Shown: positions 63,267 to 64,000 of the stretch, in pieces
Layout of the letters: each line of letters opens with the position of its first letter
Numbering within the stretch: position 1 is the stretch's first letter
NCBI GenBank assembly: GCA_950097015.1
Contig: CATNEN010000029.1
Coordinates: forward strand, 3,534,001-3,598,000
Direction of reading: 5' to 3'
Length of the DNA stretch: 64,000 nt
Origin: Macrostomum hystrix
Taxonomy: Eukaryota; Animalia; Platyhelminthes
Position numbers and translations under genes: made by a program
Notes under the pieces: model-generated
Databases searched by the model: none
Told to the model about the DNA's origin: nothing
Seen by the model: the letters and a program-made list of their open reading frames with translations, nothing else

Positions 63267-64000
63267 CAGGGGTCGGCAAACTTATTAGCTGGCGGGCCAA
63301 GGAGAGAATCTAAAAGACGACAGTGGGCCGCTTTGATTATAGAAATATGATATAAGGGCGAGATGAGACGCAGGAGAGATGAGACACGGGAGAGATGAGA
63401 CACGGGAGAGATGAGACACGGGAGAGATGAGACTTGGGAGAGATGAGACACGGGAGAGATGAGACACGGGAGAGATGAGACACGGGAGAGATGAGACACG
63501 GGAGAGATGAGACACGGGAGAGATGAGACACGGGAGAGATCAGACACGGGAGAGATGACACACAGGAGAGATGAGACACGGGAGAGATGAGACACGGGAG
63601 AGATGAGACACGGGAGAGATGAGACACGGGATAGATGAGACACGGGAGAGATGAGACACGGGATAGATGAGACACGGGAGAGATGAGACACGGGAGAGAT
63701 GATTCAGGGGAGAGATGAGACACGGGATAGATGAGACACGGGATAGATGAGACACGGGAGAGATGACACACAGGAGAGATGAGACAAGGGAGAGATGAGA
63801 CACGGGAGAGATGAGACACGGGAGAGATGAGACATGGGAGAGATGAGACACGGGCTAGATGAGACACGGGAGAGATGACACACAGGAGAGATGAGACACG
63901 GGAGAGATGACACACAGGAGAGATGAGACACGGGAGAGATGAGACACGGGATAGATGAGACACGGGAGAGATGAGACACGGGAGAGATCAGACACGGGAG
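63267..64000 (+). mobile_element. Probable left end of a non-autonomous hAT/Charlie-type DNA element; right end outside the window
   Basis: Begins CAGGGGTCGGCAAAC, a typical Charlie-group terminus, after the 8-mer CTCTATAG (candidate TSD), followed by GCGGGCC/GGGCCG subterminal motifs. Only one end is visible. Confidence 0.55.
63360..64000 (+). repeat. Minisatellite of 15-bp unit GAGATGAGACACGGG, ~43 copies, running off the window
   Basis: Clear periodicity with scattered point variants (GATAGAT, GACACACAGG). Confidence 0.98.

Noticed and set aside
63203-63979. Several Ser/Leu/Pro/Cys-rich ORFs on the - strand
   Set aside because: Translations of the 15-bp minisatellite; no splice or family support

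Overview
Eukaryotic (animal) genomic DNA with GT-AG introns, GC-rich exons and AT-rich introns. The style suggests an invertebrate such as a free-living flatworm, but the organism is unverified. Left to right on the + strand: the last two exons of a CDP-diacylglycerol synthase, an M1AP (meiosis 1 arrest protein) homolog, a CFAP97D2-like ciliary gene and decayed non-LTR retrotransposon fragments. About 49 kb on the - strand (13959 to at least 62726) holds dozens of exons that read as one very large polycystin-1/REJ-family receptor. Its C-terminal part is a standard PKD repeats-REJ-GPS-like-TM1-PLAT-11TM channel core. Upstream lies a long mosaic ectodomain: 5 C-type lectin-like, 7 F-type lectin, many discoidin/FA58C, several kringle-like, 1 LamG-like, 1 fibrinogen-like, 1 EB/EGF-like and several unassigned modules, much of it arranged as a triplicated ~8.2-kb unit. 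No start codon or signal peptide was found, and single-gene continuity is inferred. Its introns carry an intact DD34D mariner, a tRNA-derived SINE with an 18-bp target-site duplication (a second copy sits in M1AP), a SAP-domain relic, an 18-bp minisatellite, and upstream a probable hAT-type end followed by a 15-bp minisatellite. All homology calls come from recalled motifs read by eye; no database search was run. Exon boundaries marked ~ are approximate.
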